Source of the DNA: Actinomycetes bacterium
GTDB taxonomy: Bacteria; Actinomycetota; Actinomycetes; Propionibacteriales; Propionibacteriaceae
Direction: 5' to 3'
Length of the DNA stretch: 64,000 nt
Assembly (NCBI GenBank): GCA_023419175.1
Contig: JAEZYG010000057.1
Location: forward strand, 1,122-65,121
Shown: positions 41,585 to 51,890 of the stretch, one piece after another
How positions within the stretch are numbered: the first letter of the stretch is position 1
How the letters are laid out: each line of letters begins with the position of its first letter
Program-made: the position numbers and the translations under genes
The notes under the pieces: generated by a model
What the model saw: the letters and a program-made list of their open reading frames with translations, nothing else
Databases searched by the model: none
Told to the model about the DNA's origin: nothing

Positions 41585-43753
41585 ATGTGGCATAGCGATT
41601 TGATTGAGGTCTGTCATCAACCTCTCGGCGATCTGGTGGGGGCTAAGACCGCTAAAAGCCTCAATGGGCTCGGTATGACAACTATCGGTGATCTGTTGAC
41701 CTATGAACCTAGACGTCATCTCAAGGGTAGTCAGATGAGCGATCTCGCCACAGTCGAGGTTGGCGAAGAGATCGCGATGGTTCTCAAAGTCGTCCGTCTT
41801 GATGTATATGTCAGTGATCCTCGACGTCAGCGTCTTGTCGCCGTACTCAGCGATGGACAGCGTTTTATTCATGCAGTTTTTTTCGGACGTGCTCACCTGA
41901 TCTCCTATTGGAAAACTCAGCTTTCAAAAGGTGTTGTTGGGCTCTTCATCGGAGCGGTTCGGCAATACCGCTCCGATCTGCAATTGACTCATCCCACCTT
42001 CGTCATGTTCGACGCAGACGGCCATGTGGTCGGATATGAAAATGAAAAGATTTCGACGATGATCTCCCAGGCTTCGCGAGATGGTTTCATCGGTATCTAT
42101 CGCCAGGGAAAGGGGATGACTACCTGGCAGATCGCTGAATGTATCGATTTAGCTCTTCAAAGGATCGAATCCTTACCAGATCCCATGCCAGAACAGATAC
42201 GTCAACGCTATGGGCTTATTGAGATCGGGATGGCCTATCGTCTTCTCCACCATCCGAATGATCTCGATGATGTCTATCAAGCTCGCAGACGTATAGCTTT
42301 CGATGAGGCTTTGGCATATCAGGTCGTTTTGATGTCACGACGTCAGCAATTGGCGGACGCAAGCGCTGCATCTATCGAGGTGCGTCATGACGGTATCCTG
42401 GCGGCAGTCGATAGAAGCCTTCCTTTTGAGTTGACAGAAGGCCAACGTCGCGTTGGTGATGAGATCTTTGCCGATATGGCGCGTGAGGTCCCCATGCAAC
42501 GTCTCCTACAAGGAGAGGTCGGTTCAGGAAAGACTGTTGTGGCATTGCGAGCGATGCTTGCCGCTGTCGATGCAGGATATCAAGCGGTTTTAGTAGCTCC
42601 TACCGAAGTATTAGCGTCACAACATGCCCTCTCCATTCAGCAGATGATGGGGGATTATGCTCGTGGTGGCAAGCTCGGTGCTACTGAATGCGCTACAAAA
42701 GTGGTCACCTTAACAGGGTCGATGACGCGTAGCGAGCGGCGGGAGGCGTTGAGCGATATCGTCACCGGACAGGCGGGTATCATCATCGGAACCCATGCAT
42801 TGTTTTCTCGTGATGTCCATTTTTTCAAACTCGGTCTCGTCATCGTCGATGAACAGCATCGTTTCGGCGTTCAGCAAAGAGCTGCCTTGATCTCTCGTTA
42901 CCATCCGCATTGCTTGGTGATGACTGCCACACCTATTCCTCGTTCCATTGCTATGACGATCTTCGGAGATTTGGATATATCGGTTCTCGATGTCATTCCT
43001 TCTGGACGTCAAGAGGTGCGCACGGTCATCGTCCATGTCCCATCGTCGCCATCGTGGTTGGAAAGAGCCTGGCAGCGTCTTGTTGAGGAAGTTGAACGTG
43101 GACGTCAGGGTTTCATCGTGGTGCCCGCTATCGAGGCTACAAAATCCCCAGAGGGAGGCTATAGCCTCTATGAGCTCTACGATCAGCTGACAGCAGGTCC
43201 TTTGAAAGATGTGCGGGTAGGGATTGTCCATTCGAAATTGTCCCAAGAGGACAAAGATAAAGCGATGTCGAAATTTGCTGCGGGTGATCTCGATGTCCTG
43301 ATCGCTACGACAGTGATCGAAGTGGGAGTCAACGTGCCCAATGCCTCCATGATGATCGTGATGGATGCTGATCGTTTCGGTATCAGTCAGCTTCATCAGA
43401 TAAGGGGACGTATCGGGCGAGGGGAATATCCTGGCTTGTGCCTTATGGTCACCTCATGCGATCCGACCTCAAAGACGATGTTAAGGCTTCAAGCTCTTGC
43501 CTCAACTCGTGATGGTTTTATCTTGGCAGAACACGATTTGGAATATAGACGTGAGGGCGACGTAGTGGGGACACGTCAATCAGGTGGACGCTCACAGCTG
43601 CGGATCCTCAAAGTCACCAAAGATATTGAGGTGATCGAGCAGGCACGTCGGTGTGCAGAAGAGATCGTCGAGACAAACGACTGTTCAGGATGGATTGCGG
43701 ATATGAAAACCATCGTCGATCTGCGCAGCGACGACGAATGGAGTGAAGGATAA
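41585..43753 (+). CDS. recG: ATP-dependent DNA helicase RecG
   Basis: RLLQGEVGSGKT, DEQHRFGV, MTATPIPR, QLHQIRGRIGRG. Confidence 0.96.
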   Translation: MWHSDLIEVCHQPLGDLVGAKTAKSLNGLGMTTIGDLLTYEPRRHLKGSQMSDLATVEVGEEIAMVLKVVRLDVYVSDPRRQRLVAVLSDGQRFIHAVFFGRAHLISYWKTQLSKGVVGLFIGAVRQYRSDLQLTHPTFVMFDADGHVVGYENEKISTMISQASRDGFIGIYRQGKGMTTWQIAECIDLALQRIESLPDPMPEQIRQRYGLIEIGMAYRLLHHPNDLDDVYQARRRIAFDEALAYQVVLMSRRQQLADASAASIEVRHDGILAAVDRSLPFELTEGQRRVGDEIFADMAREVPMQRLLQGEVGSGKTVVALRAMLAAVDAGYQAVLVAPTEVLASQHALSIQQMMGDYARGGKLGATECATKVVTLTGSMTRSERREALSDIVTGQAGIIIGTHALFSRDVHFFKLGLVIVDEQHRFGVQQRAALISRYHPHCLVMTATPIPRSIAMTIFGDLDISVLDVIPSGRQEVRTVIVHVPSSPSWLERAWQRLVEEVERGRQGFIVVPAIEATKSPEGGYSLYELYDQLTAGPLKDVRVGIVHSKLSQEDKDKAMSKFAAGDLDVLIATTVIEVGVNVPNASMMIVMDADRFGISQLHQIRGRIGRGEYPGLCLMVTSCDPTSKTMLRLQALASTRDGFILAEHDLEYRREGDVVGTRQSGGRSQLRILKVTKDIEVIEQARRCAEEIVETNDCSGWIADMKTIVDLRSDDEWSEG

Positions 43754-43782
43754 TCCGCGTAGCTTGTGAGCTACGCGGATTA
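43751..43782. terminator. Bidirectional hairpin between convergent genes
   Basis: Perfect 14-bp stem TAATCCGCGTAGCT-tgtg-AGCTACGCGGATTA. Confidence 0.75.
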
Positions 43783-43784
43783 GG

Positions 43785-44216
43785 TCAGCGATAATCTTCG
43801 ATGGGGTCAGGTCCAAAGAGGAAATGACGTCCGCTAATTCCAATGGTGGGTGTGACGCGGACAAAGATCGTCTTGACGGTGGGAACCCAGGGACGCAGGG
43901 GGGCTTTTTCAGCGCGAGCTAGCTCTTCAGGATCGGTGATGCGTTGGGCAATACCTTTAAGCATGACGCTCCATCCGCCCTCCTCTTGCCAGCCATCCAC
44001 TTCAAAGACGACATTTTCGTTTAAGGCAAGCTGATCCATCTTGCTGCCTTCGGCGGAACGGAAAATTACCGATTCGCCGTCCACGTAGTAATTGATGGGG
44101 AATATCTCTGGGACATCGTTGGTGGAAACACCGAGGCGTCCAACTTCTTGGGAGGCAAGGTAGCCCCAGCATGAATCTTCAGGGATGACCGAAATCGGGC
44201 TCTCATTTTCTGACAT
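43785..44216 (-). CDS. Pyridoxamine 5'-phosphate oxidase-like FMN-binding protein
   Basis: CWGYL...VGRLG, PEIFPINY, VFEVD, GWSVMLKG. Confidence 0.85.
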   Translation of the reverse strand: MSENESPISVIPEDSCWGYLASQEVGRLGVSTNDVPEIFPINYYVDGESVIFRSAEGSKMDQLALNENVVFEVDGWQEEGGWSVMLKGIAQRITDPEELARAEKAPLRPWVPTVKTIFVRVTPTIGISGRHFLFGPDPIEDYR

Positions 44217-44319
44217 GAGTCCATTGAACAACACTGTGAGCGATTGCGCATGAAAAATGGCAAAAGTTCGCCTTCGGGTGAATCTTGGAGGAAGAGGAAA
44301 AGACCTCTACCCTGATGGG

Positions 44320-44922
44320 GTGAGCAGGATCATTGCTGGGAGCGCTAAAGGGATGCGGATCATGACTCCGCCAGGACAGACGACAAGACCTACCACAGAT
44401 CGGGTGAAAGAGGCGGTCTTTTCCTCCTTGGTCACCTGGTTGTCGCGCTGCGATGAATCCGCCCACAAGCAGATGGACGGCATCTACTTTCTCGATCTTT
44501 TCGCGGGATCGGGGGGAGTAGGACTTGAAGCTGCGAGTAGGGGAGCTCAGGTGGTGATGGTCGATCAATCTGTTGCGGCGATCAAAGCGATCTCTTCCAA
44601 TAGTGCAACCACCCGTCTTCAGAACCGCTGTCGTTATCACCAAATGAACGCGATTCACTGGCTTGAGCGAAAGCATATAGGCCAACCGTTCGATATCGTC
44701 TGGGCAGATCCCCCCTACGAAATGTCCGCAGAGCAGGTGGACAAGATCGTCGCTACTCTCATCTCGCAGGGATATCTTGCCGACGATGGGCTGGTCGCTA
44801 TCGAGCGGTCGAGCCGTGATAGGGGCGTCAACTGGCCCGATTATCTCAACGATTCATGGGAACGTAAATACGGTGAGACTACCGTCTATTACGCTGCTCA
44901 TATGGAGCAGACGGAGGTGTGA
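44320..44922 (+). CDS. rsmD: 16S rRNA m2G966 methyltransferase
   Basis: RIIAG, TRPTTDRVKEA, LDLFAGSG, DPPY. Confidence 0.94.
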   Translation: MSRIIAGSAKGMRIMTPPGQTTRPTTDRVKEAVFSSLVTWLSRCDESAHKQMDGIYFLDLFAGSGGVGLEAASRGAQVVMVDQSVAAIKAISSNSATTRLQNRCRYHQMNAIHWLERKHIGQPFDIVWADPPYEMSAEQVDKIVATLISQGYLADDGLVAIERSSRDRGVNWPDYLNDSWERKYGETTVYYAAHMEQTEV

Positions 44923-44923
44923 T

Positions 44924-45415
44924 ATGCGCATAGCTATCTGTCCTGGATCGTTTGATCCGATCACGAAAGGCCATCTGGATATCATCATCCGAGCCTCGCA
45001 GATGGTCGATCGTCTGATCGTAGCGATCGGGAAGAATACGACGAAAAATCATCTCTTCACATCTGAAGAACGCTGTCTGTTGGCTCACGAGGCTTTGAGA
45101 GATTATCCGACCATTGAGGTGAGGATTCTTGAAGGTCTTCTGGTCGATTTCTGTCGTGAGCACTCAGCGCAAACAATCGTCAAAGGGTTGAGATTTTCTT
45201 CCGATTTCGATTACGAATTGCAAATGGCTCAGCTCAATTACGACCTGTCCGCTATCGAGACGATCCTTCTTCCCGCCCACCGTGAATTCGGGACGATCTC
45301 GTCGTCCATGCTTCGAGAAGTGGCTCTTAACGGGGGAGATATCTCCCGTTTCGTCACAGATAAGGTCGATAAAGCGATTAAAGAGCGTATAGCCCAGATG
45401 AGATTACAGGGCTAG
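44924..45415 (+). CDS. coaD: Pantetheine-phosphate adenylyltransferase
   Basis: PGSFDPITKGH, VKGLR, DFDYELQMA, ISSS. Confidence 0.97.
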   Translation: MRIAICPGSFDPITKGHLDIIIRASQMVDRLIVAIGKNTTKNHLFTSEERCLLAHEALRDYPTIEVRILEGLLVDFCREHSAQTIVKGLRFSSDFDYELQMAQLNYDLSAIETILLPAHREFGTISSSMLREVALNGGDISRFVTDKVDKAIKERIAQMRLQG

Positions 45416-45447
45416 TCGCTATCGAAGCCGTGTCCTAAAATGGGATC

Positions 45448-45996
45448 GTGAGCACAAGTCAAAAACTGGATCCGAGAAATCCGTGGACGATCAATATTTG
45501 CGATTTGATACGAAGCCCTGGTCAGCTCAAAGAGATACATGATGTCTTGCCGGCTCCTGCCAATCTCGGATTGGAAACTATTGGGGTGCCAGAAGGGGAG
45601 GACATCGCAGTCGATGTGCGATGTGAATCGGTTGTTGAGGGAGTGCTTATCAGCGGTGAAGTCTCAGCTGATCTTGTCGGACAGTGCTCGCGCTGTTTGA
45701 CCACGATTGAAGATCATGGCGATTTTGAGATTCAAGAGCTGTTCTTTTATCCAGGCCGCGATGCGGACGAAGATGCTCTTTTCGTCGTGGATGATCTGAT
45801 CGACTTGGAAATCTGTTTGAGAGAGGCGGTCGTTCTTAATCTGCCTTTCCAGCCTTTGTGCTCTGAAGATTGCTTGGGATTATGCCCTGAATGCGGAATC
45901 GACCTCAATGAGAATCAAGACCATTCGCATGGGGAGAAAATCGATCCGCGTTGGGAAGGTCTTGCCGATCTGGCGAAGGGATTGGATCAGAGCTGA
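45448..45996 (+). CDS. YceD/DUF177 family protein
   Basis: CSRCL, PLCSEDCLGLCPECG, DPRW; upstream of rpmF. Confidence 0.93.
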   Translation: MSTSQKLDPRNPWTINICDLIRSPGQLKEIHDVLPAPANLGLETIGVPEGEDIAVDVRCESVVEGVLISGEVSADLVGQCSRCLTTIEDHGDFEIQELFFYPGRDADEDALFVVDDLIDLEICLREAVVLNLPFQPLCSEDCLGLCPECGIDLNENQDHSHGEKIDPRWEGLADLAKGLDQS

Positions 45997-46116
45997 TCAA
46001 TTCGCTTTATTGACAAAAGACTGCTACCGTAGACGGGCGTGCGTCCTCAAGGCGCATTTAGAATCTGCCCAGGCGCAGCACTTCTAAGCCGGGCAATCAG
46101 AAGAAGGAGAACCACC

Positions 46117-46308
46117 GTGGCTGTTCCCAAGCGGAAGATGTCTCGTAGCAATACGCGGTCTCGTCGTTCCCAGTGGAAGACCACTGTCGTGCAGACTGTG
46201 ACCTGTGCCAATCCGGCATGCCGTGAGCAGCATCTGCCTCATACCGCCTGCCCCTCCTGCGGCCAGTACGGTCCTCGTGGGCAGCGCCGTCAGGTGCTTG
46301 AAGCCTGA
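46117..46308 (+). CDS. rpmF: 50S ribosomal protein L32
   Basis: AVPKRKMSRSNTRSRR, PHTACPSCG; AAGGAG RBS. Confidence 0.96.
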   Translation: MAVPKRKMSRSNTRSRRSQWKTTVVQTVTCANPACREQHLPHTACPSCGQYGPRGQRRQVLEA

Positions 46309-46310
46309 TC

Positions 46311-47021
46311 GTGCCCAACGGCACATTTACTGAGCTTATTCAAAAGCTGGGGATCGATATCGATCCCCAGCTTTTCGAGCTTGCTCTCATTCACCGCTCA
46401 TATGCCTATGAAAATGGCAATATTCCGACCAATGAGCGTCTGGAATTTCTTGGAGATTCCGTCCTTGGCGTGATCGTTACCGAATATCTCTACCGTTCAT
46501 TTCCCGACCTTCCCGAGGGGAAATTAGCTAAATTGCGCGCCCGTGTGGTCAGCGCAATATCCCTTGCCGATGTGGCGCGAGAGCTGTCAATCGGTTCGTT
46601 GGTTAAATTGGGACGAGGGGAAGTTACCAGTGGTGGAGCTGATAAAACCTCCATTTTGGCAGATACTACCGAGGCGTTAATCGGTGCCATCTACCTCTCT
46701 GAGGTCAAAGAGGGAGCTGAGAGATTCGTCCACCACCTTATTGACCCTCTTGTCGATGAGGCATCTCGTCTCGGAGCCGGCTTGGATTGGAAAACCTCTT
46801 TACAGGAGGCGGCGGCCGCCCGAGGAATGGGGCCGGTCGTCTATGAAATTTTAGAGTCGGGTCCCGATCACGATAAGCGTTTTGAAGCCTGGGCTCATAT
46901 CGATGATCTGCGCTTTGGCCCTGGGTGTGGGCGCAATAAGAAACAGGCTGAACAGATAGCAGCCGAGAAGGCTTTTTCTGCCCTTACGAATGAAGATCTC
47001 CCCTCTGCTAGCAGCAACTAG
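46311..47021 (+). CDS. rnc: Ribonuclease III
   Basis: NERLEFLGDSVL, DWKTSLQE, GPDH dsRBD. Confidence 0.97.
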   Translation: MPNGTFTELIQKLGIDIDPQLFELALIHRSYAYENGNIPTNERLEFLGDSVLGVIVTEYLYRSFPDLPEGKLAKLRARVVSAISLADVARELSIGSLVKLGRGEVTSGGADKTSILADTTEALIGAIYLSEVKEGAERFVHHLIDPLVDEASRLGAGLDWKTSLQEAAAARGMGPVVYEILESGPDHDKRFEAWAHIDDLRFGPGCGRNKKQAEQIAAEKAFSALTNEDLPSASSN

Positions 47022-47028
47022 GAGTGTC

Positions 47029-47559
47029 GTGTCTTTTCAATCGCTGCTGGCGATCGTCCGCCAATTCATTCGTTTCGGTATCGTGGGGGCTTCTGGAGTT
47101 GTCGTCAATCTCGTCGTGACGTGGGCGATGACTCAGCTCAATGGGGGAGTGCAACACGATAATCGTCTCCTGTTCCATCTCGGTGCAGGATATGCGATCC
47201 GTTTTACAGCTCTCGTATGGATCGTCGCCTTCTTGATTGCGAATCTGTGGAATTTTCAGATCAATCGCATGTGGACTTTCAAGAGGGATAACCCTCGTAG
47301 CTGGTGGCTGGAAGCCTGGGAATTTTTCCTGGTAGGCGCTGTCGCCGCCTTTATCGGATTGATTATCAAGATTTTATTGACCAATCCCACATCACCTATC
47401 TATTTACCTGACCCACCTTTTAACGATTCAGAAGGGTTGAGAGCTCGTGCCTATTGGGCTCAGCTGATCGCCATTTTCCTCACCATGCCGATCAACTATC
47501 TGGTCAATAAAGTGTGGACATTCCGTATTCGCCGTCAGGATAAACCCGTGAAGGTCTAG
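47029..47559 (+). CDS. GtrA-family membrane protein
   Basis: QFIRFGIVGASGVVVN, NFQINRMWTF, NYLVNKVWTF. Confidence 0.85.
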   Translation: MSFQSLLAIVRQFIRFGIVGASGVVVNLVVTWAMTQLNGGVQHDNRLLFHLGAGYAIRFTALVWIVAFLIANLWNFQINRMWTFKRDNPRSWWLEAWEFFLVGAVAAFIGLIIKILLTNPTSPIYLPDPPFNDSEGLRARAYWAQLIAIFLTMPINYLVNKVWTFRIRRQDKPVKV

Positions 47560-47563
47560 TGAG

Positions 47564-50500
47564 ATGTATCTCAAATCCCTAACCTTGAAGGGATTCAAGT
47601 CCTTCGCCTCATCGACCACATTGGCTTTTGAGCCGGGAATCACCGCGATCGTAGGACCTAATGGTTCAGGAAAATCCAATGTCGTCGATGCCCTGGCGTG
47701 GGTGATGGGGGAACAGGGTGCAAAGACTTTACGCGGAGCGAAGATGGATGATGTCATCTTCGCTGGAACGACTTCGCGTCCACCTTTAGGGCGAGCTGAA
47801 GTCTCCTTGACAATCGACAATAGCGATGGTGCCCTGCCCATCGATTACACCGAAGTGACGATCAGCCGCACACTATTTCGCAATGGCGGATCTGAATATG
47901 CGATCAATGGCACGTCATGTCGCCTTCTAGACGTTCAAGATCTGCTTTCCGATAGCGGTATGGGGCGGCAGATGCATGTCATCGTTGGACAAGGCCAACT
48001 CGATCAAATTCTTCATGCCACACCTGAACAGAGGCGAGGATTTATCGAAGAAGCCGCTGGGGTGTTGAAACATCGCAGACGCAAAGAGCGAGCCTTACGT
48101 AAACTGGAAAGCACTCAAGCCAATATGGATCGCTTGAGCGATATTCTCACCGAGCTTCGCCGTCAACTTAAACCTTTAGGACGACAAGCTGAAGTGGCGA
48201 AACGAGCGGTAAAGATTCAAGCTGATCTGCGTGATTCCACGGCTCGTCTGCTCGCTGATGATTTACTCAAAGCTCGATTAGCTCTTCAATCCGATCGAGC
48301 GAAAGGGGAACGAAATGCCCAATTGCGTGAACAATATGAGAAGAATTTAAGCGATCTTCGTCACGCATTAGGGGCAGACGAAGATGAGTTAGCGATTCTT
48401 ACTCCTCGCATCGAAGCGCACCAGCAGATGTTCTATGAAGCGGCAGCTTTGCGCGAACGTCTTCTCGCCACACAATCGATTTGTCAAGAAAGAATGAATC
48501 ATCTTAAGTCTTCTTCGCCGATTACCTCATCACGATCCCCAGAGGAACTTGACCAAGAAGCTGCACGTTTTGAAGCAAAAGAGGAAGAATATGCCTCTTT
48601 AATTGAGCAGGCAACGGAAAGGTTGCAACAGGCAACCTATAGACGTCAGCAGGCGGAAGAAGAGGAATACAGCGCCCATCATCGCTATCAAATTCAGATG
48701 AAAGCGGCCGCAGATCGTCGTGAAGGCTTAGCCAAGATCGAAGGGAAGATCGCCACGATATCAGCTCGTCTGACAGCTAGCAGCGATGAGGTCGAACGCT
48801 ATCGCAAACGTCTGGATGAATTGAGCGCTATCTCTATAGACGATGGGGAATATGAGGCTTTAGCCGCCGATGAAAAAAATCTTGGCGAGTCGATAGCCAG
48901 ATATGACGAACAGATTGTCGATATGGAAAGTCGGCGAGAAAATCTGCGCGCTCGTGAGCAGGAAATACGCTCGTCTATTGCCTCACACCAAGCCGAGATT
49001 GCCAGATGCGAGGCATACCGTGCCGCTATTGAGGTCGATAAAGTGGCGATAGATGCTCATGAGCTCATTGCCCAGCAAGGAAGCTCACGCCTCCTAGGCG
49101 AGGCGATCCAGATAGATCCTTCATGGGAGAAAGCGGTCGTTGCACTGCTAGATCATCACAGCGATTCGGTTCTGATCGAGACGGATCATCTCGATAGATT
49201 GGTAGATCTTCTCACAGAGAAACAAGCCGATAGGGTCGAGCTGTTATGCGCAGATAGAAGAAATGCGGCTCATATTTCACGCGATCTTCCAGATGGAGCG
49301 ATATGGGCTCTCGAAGCGATCACCTATGAGGATCGCTATGGGGCAGTCATCGAATCTTTGCTCGATGGTGCCATCCTCGCTCGAGATTGTGCAACGGCTC
49401 GTGCATGTCGCACACTCTATCCGGATTCTCAGATCGCTACGTGCCAAGGACACCGCTATATGCCTTATGGAGTCGTGGTGGGGCACTATCGTCAACGTCC
49501 ACGTTTAGAAATCGAGGCTTTGCTCACAGCAAGTCTTAAGGAAGAGAAACGATATAACGATCTGCTTTGTGCATCCCGTGATGAATTGCAGATCTGTGAA
49601 GATGACGAGAAAAGATGTCGTGAACAGCTCGATAAGATCCGTGCACAACGTCATCATCTGGATAGTAAACGTCGAGAACTACTCAAGAAGATCGCTAGCT
49701 ATGAACAGCGTGTCCGCAGCGTGGACGAGGAAAAACAACGCCTTATAACGATGTTGGGGGCAGCTCAGTCGCGGATTGAAAACGATCAGAGTCGATATGA
49801 CGAATATGAACAGCGCCGACAGATCGCATCTTGCGAACAGATTGAGCTTCCCGATCCCGAGCAGAAAGATCGCGCATCTGTTCAGGCGCGACAGGCACGC
49901 AGTGAAGAATTAGAAGCTCGATTGGCTTTGAGAGCAGCAGAGGAACGTCAGCGTTCTATTGCGGGGAAAGCTGATTTCTATAGACGTGCTGCACGTCAAG
50001 AAAGACATGCTTTAGCTCAAGCTCAGCTCAAAGCTGTGAAAGCTCAACGGCAAGCTGAAAGAGCACGCGCCATTGAACAGGCATGTCGGTGGATGGATGA
50101 GCAGGTGGAAAAGATCGCTCACCATATCCAATGTGACAAAGAAAAGCTCACAGGACAACGCGAACAGATAGAGAGGAGAATACGGGAGCGACGAGATGAA
50201 GTGAATCGTGTTCAGCAATCTTTGAATGAGCTGACAAGCACAGCCCATGCCGATCAATTGGCGATCGTGGAGCTGAGCCTCAAGGCTGAACAGATTGAAG
50301 CTCAGGCGATGAGCGAGGTGGGTATGGGAGGCGATGAACTCATCGAAGGATACGGTCCTGATCAGATGATTCCCCTATGCGTTGAGGGGGTAGACGAGAT
50401 TGTCACAGTCGCTTTCAATCGAGGTGAACAGGAGAAAAGACAGAGGAAAGCGAGACGGGATCTCAAAGCTCTCGGACAAGTCAATCCCTTAGCATTGGAG

Positions 50501-51070
50501 GAATTCGATGCGTTGAACGAGCGCCATCAATTTCTCGTCGAACAGCTTGATGATGTATCGAAAACTAAAAAGGACTTACTTGCGATGATCGAACAGATAG
50601 ACCATCGCGTCCATGAGGTATTCACCGCAGCATATCGAGATGTGGAGCAGACTTTCTCCGAGGTTTTCACCCGACTTTTCCCCGGTGGAAAAGGCAGGCT
50701 TGTCCTGACCGATCCTGAGGATATGCTCACCACCGGAATTGACGTTCTGGCTCGTCCTGCTGGAAAGAAGGTCACTCGCCTATCACTGCTGTCTGGGGGA
50801 GAGCGTTCGTTGGTGGCGGTGGCTTTTTTGATCTCGCTCTTCATCGCTCGTCCAAGTCCTTTCTATATCTTGGACGAGGTGGAGGCTGCCCTAGATGATG
50901 TGAATCTGTCGCGTCTTCTATCGATCTATGAGGAATTGAGACGTTCTTCTCAGCTTCTGGTGATTACCCACCACAAAAAGACGATGGAAGTAGCCGATGC
51001 TCTCTATGGGGTTACCATGGCGAGCGATGGTATTTCTACGGTGATCTCGCAACGTCTTGTGAGCTCCTGA
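47564..51070 (+). CDS. smc: Chromosome segregation protein SMC
   Basis: GFKSF, GPNGSGKSN, coiled coils, LSGGE, LDEVEAALD. Confidence 0.97.
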   Translation: MYLKSLTLKGFKSFASSTTLAFEPGITAIVGPNGSGKSNVVDALAWVMGEQGAKTLRGAKMDDVIFAGTTSRPPLGRAEVSLTIDNSDGALPIDYTEVTISRTLFRNGGSEYAINGTSCRLLDVQDLLSDSGMGRQMHVIVGQGQLDQILHATPEQRRGFIEEAAGVLKHRRRKERALRKLESTQANMDRLSDILTELRRQLKPLGRQAEVAKRAVKIQADLRDSTARLLADDLLKARLALQSDRAKGERNAQLREQYEKNLSDLRHALGADEDELAILTPRIEAHQQMFYEAAALRERLLATQSICQERMNHLKSSSPITSSRSPEELDQEAARFEAKEEEYASLIEQATERLQQATYRRQQAEEEEYSAHHRYQIQMKAAADRREGLAKIEGKIATISARLTASSDEVERYRKRLDELSAISIDDGEYEALAADEKNLGESIARYDEQIVDMESRRENLRAREQEIRSSIASHQAEIARCEAYRAAIEVDKVAIDAHELIAQQGSSRLLGEAIQIDPSWEKAVVALLDHHSDSVLIETDHLDRLVDLLTEKQADRVELLCADRRNAAHISRDLPDGAIWALEAITYEDRYGAVIESLLDGAILARDCATARACRTLYPDSQIATCQGHRYMPYGVVVGHYRQRPRLEIEALLTASLKEEKRYNDLLCASRDELQICEDDEKRCREQLDKIRAQRHHLDSKRRELLKKIASYEQRVRSVDEEKQRLITMLGAAQSRIENDQSRYDEYEQRRQIASCEQIELPDPEQKDRASVQARQARSEELEARLALRAAEERQRSIAGKADFYRRAARQERHALAQAQLKAVKAQRQAERARAIEQACRWMDEQVEKIAHHIQCDKEKLTGQREQIERRIRERRDEVNRVQQSLNELTSTAHADQLAIVELSLKAEQIEAQAMSEVGMGGDELIEGYGPDQMIPLCVEGVDEIVTVAFNRGEQEKRQRKARRDLKALGQVNPLALEEFDALNERHQFLVEQLDDVSKTKKDLLAMIEQIDHRVHEVFTAAYRDVEQTFSEVFTRLFPGGKGRLVLTDPEDMLTTGIDVLARPAGKKVTRLSLLSGGERSLVAVAFLISLFIARPSPFYILDEVEAALDDVNLSRLLSIYEELRRSSQLLVITHHKKTMEVADALYGVTMASDGISTVISQRLVSS

Positions 51071-51180
51071 AGGTGAAGAAAAGCTAAGGCTTTACTGAAA
51101 TCTGCTGTCAAATCCTCTATGCGATTAGAAATATCTTTTTCTCCCTCAATAATGGAAGAAGATACTGTGTAGGAGGAAAG

Positions 51181-51483
51181 GTGTTTGTGCTCATTATCGC
51201 CATGATCGCGATCATTATCTTAGCTGGAGCTGTTCTTATTACGGTGATGAGCGCATATCGTTTCTGGTGGATTGAGCAGAGAAGCTCTGAACGATGGCTT
51301 CAACGAGCTAAAACCATTACAGATCATCTCAACGGAGAAGCTGAGCCGCCAGCGTGTCTGGAACGTCTCTTAGCGATCAAAATATCCAGATCACCAGATG
51401 AGAGCGGTGAGAACTTATCAGCACAGCATCATCTCAAAGACGATGATGTGGATCTTTCACCTGTCCAGGAAAAATCTTCATAG
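51181..51483 (+). CDS. Small hypothetical membrane-anchored protein
   Basis: AGGAGG RBS, N-terminal hydrophobic helix, HLNGEAEPP. Confidence 0.6.
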   Translation: MFVLIIAMIAIIILAGAVLITVMSAYRFWWIEQRSSERWLQRAKTITDHLNGEAEPPACLERLLAIKISRSPDESGENLSAQHHLKDDDVDLSPVQEKSS

Positions 51484-51890
51484 GTGACGATGAAAATACC
51501 CCTAAAGCTTTCCATACGATATATATGCTGATCGGCCAGGAAACCGATATCCCTGTCGAGTAGAAGCGATGTCGGTGCTACTGTGTGGCGCTCAGTAGAG
51601 ATTATCGATATTTCCGTGTGAAGATGTGCGATGACGAGATGGGTATTTCTTGTCTTTCGAGACCAAGAGAGCTTTGGTGATCTGAATGAGGAAAGAGTGC
51701 ATGACCGACCCGATCACTCTTTTCTCTAGTCGCCATAGTCGTCCACCCTGTAGCGATTTTGCGTCAGGCTATAAAGGTTCTTTCTCATAGCTGTTTGAGA
51801 TAGCGCGACATGGAGAGCAAAGTTGTTTTCATAAGAATCGTGTCGCAGCCCAATCGAATTTCTCTATGTTAAGGCGCTAATCTTGGACGG

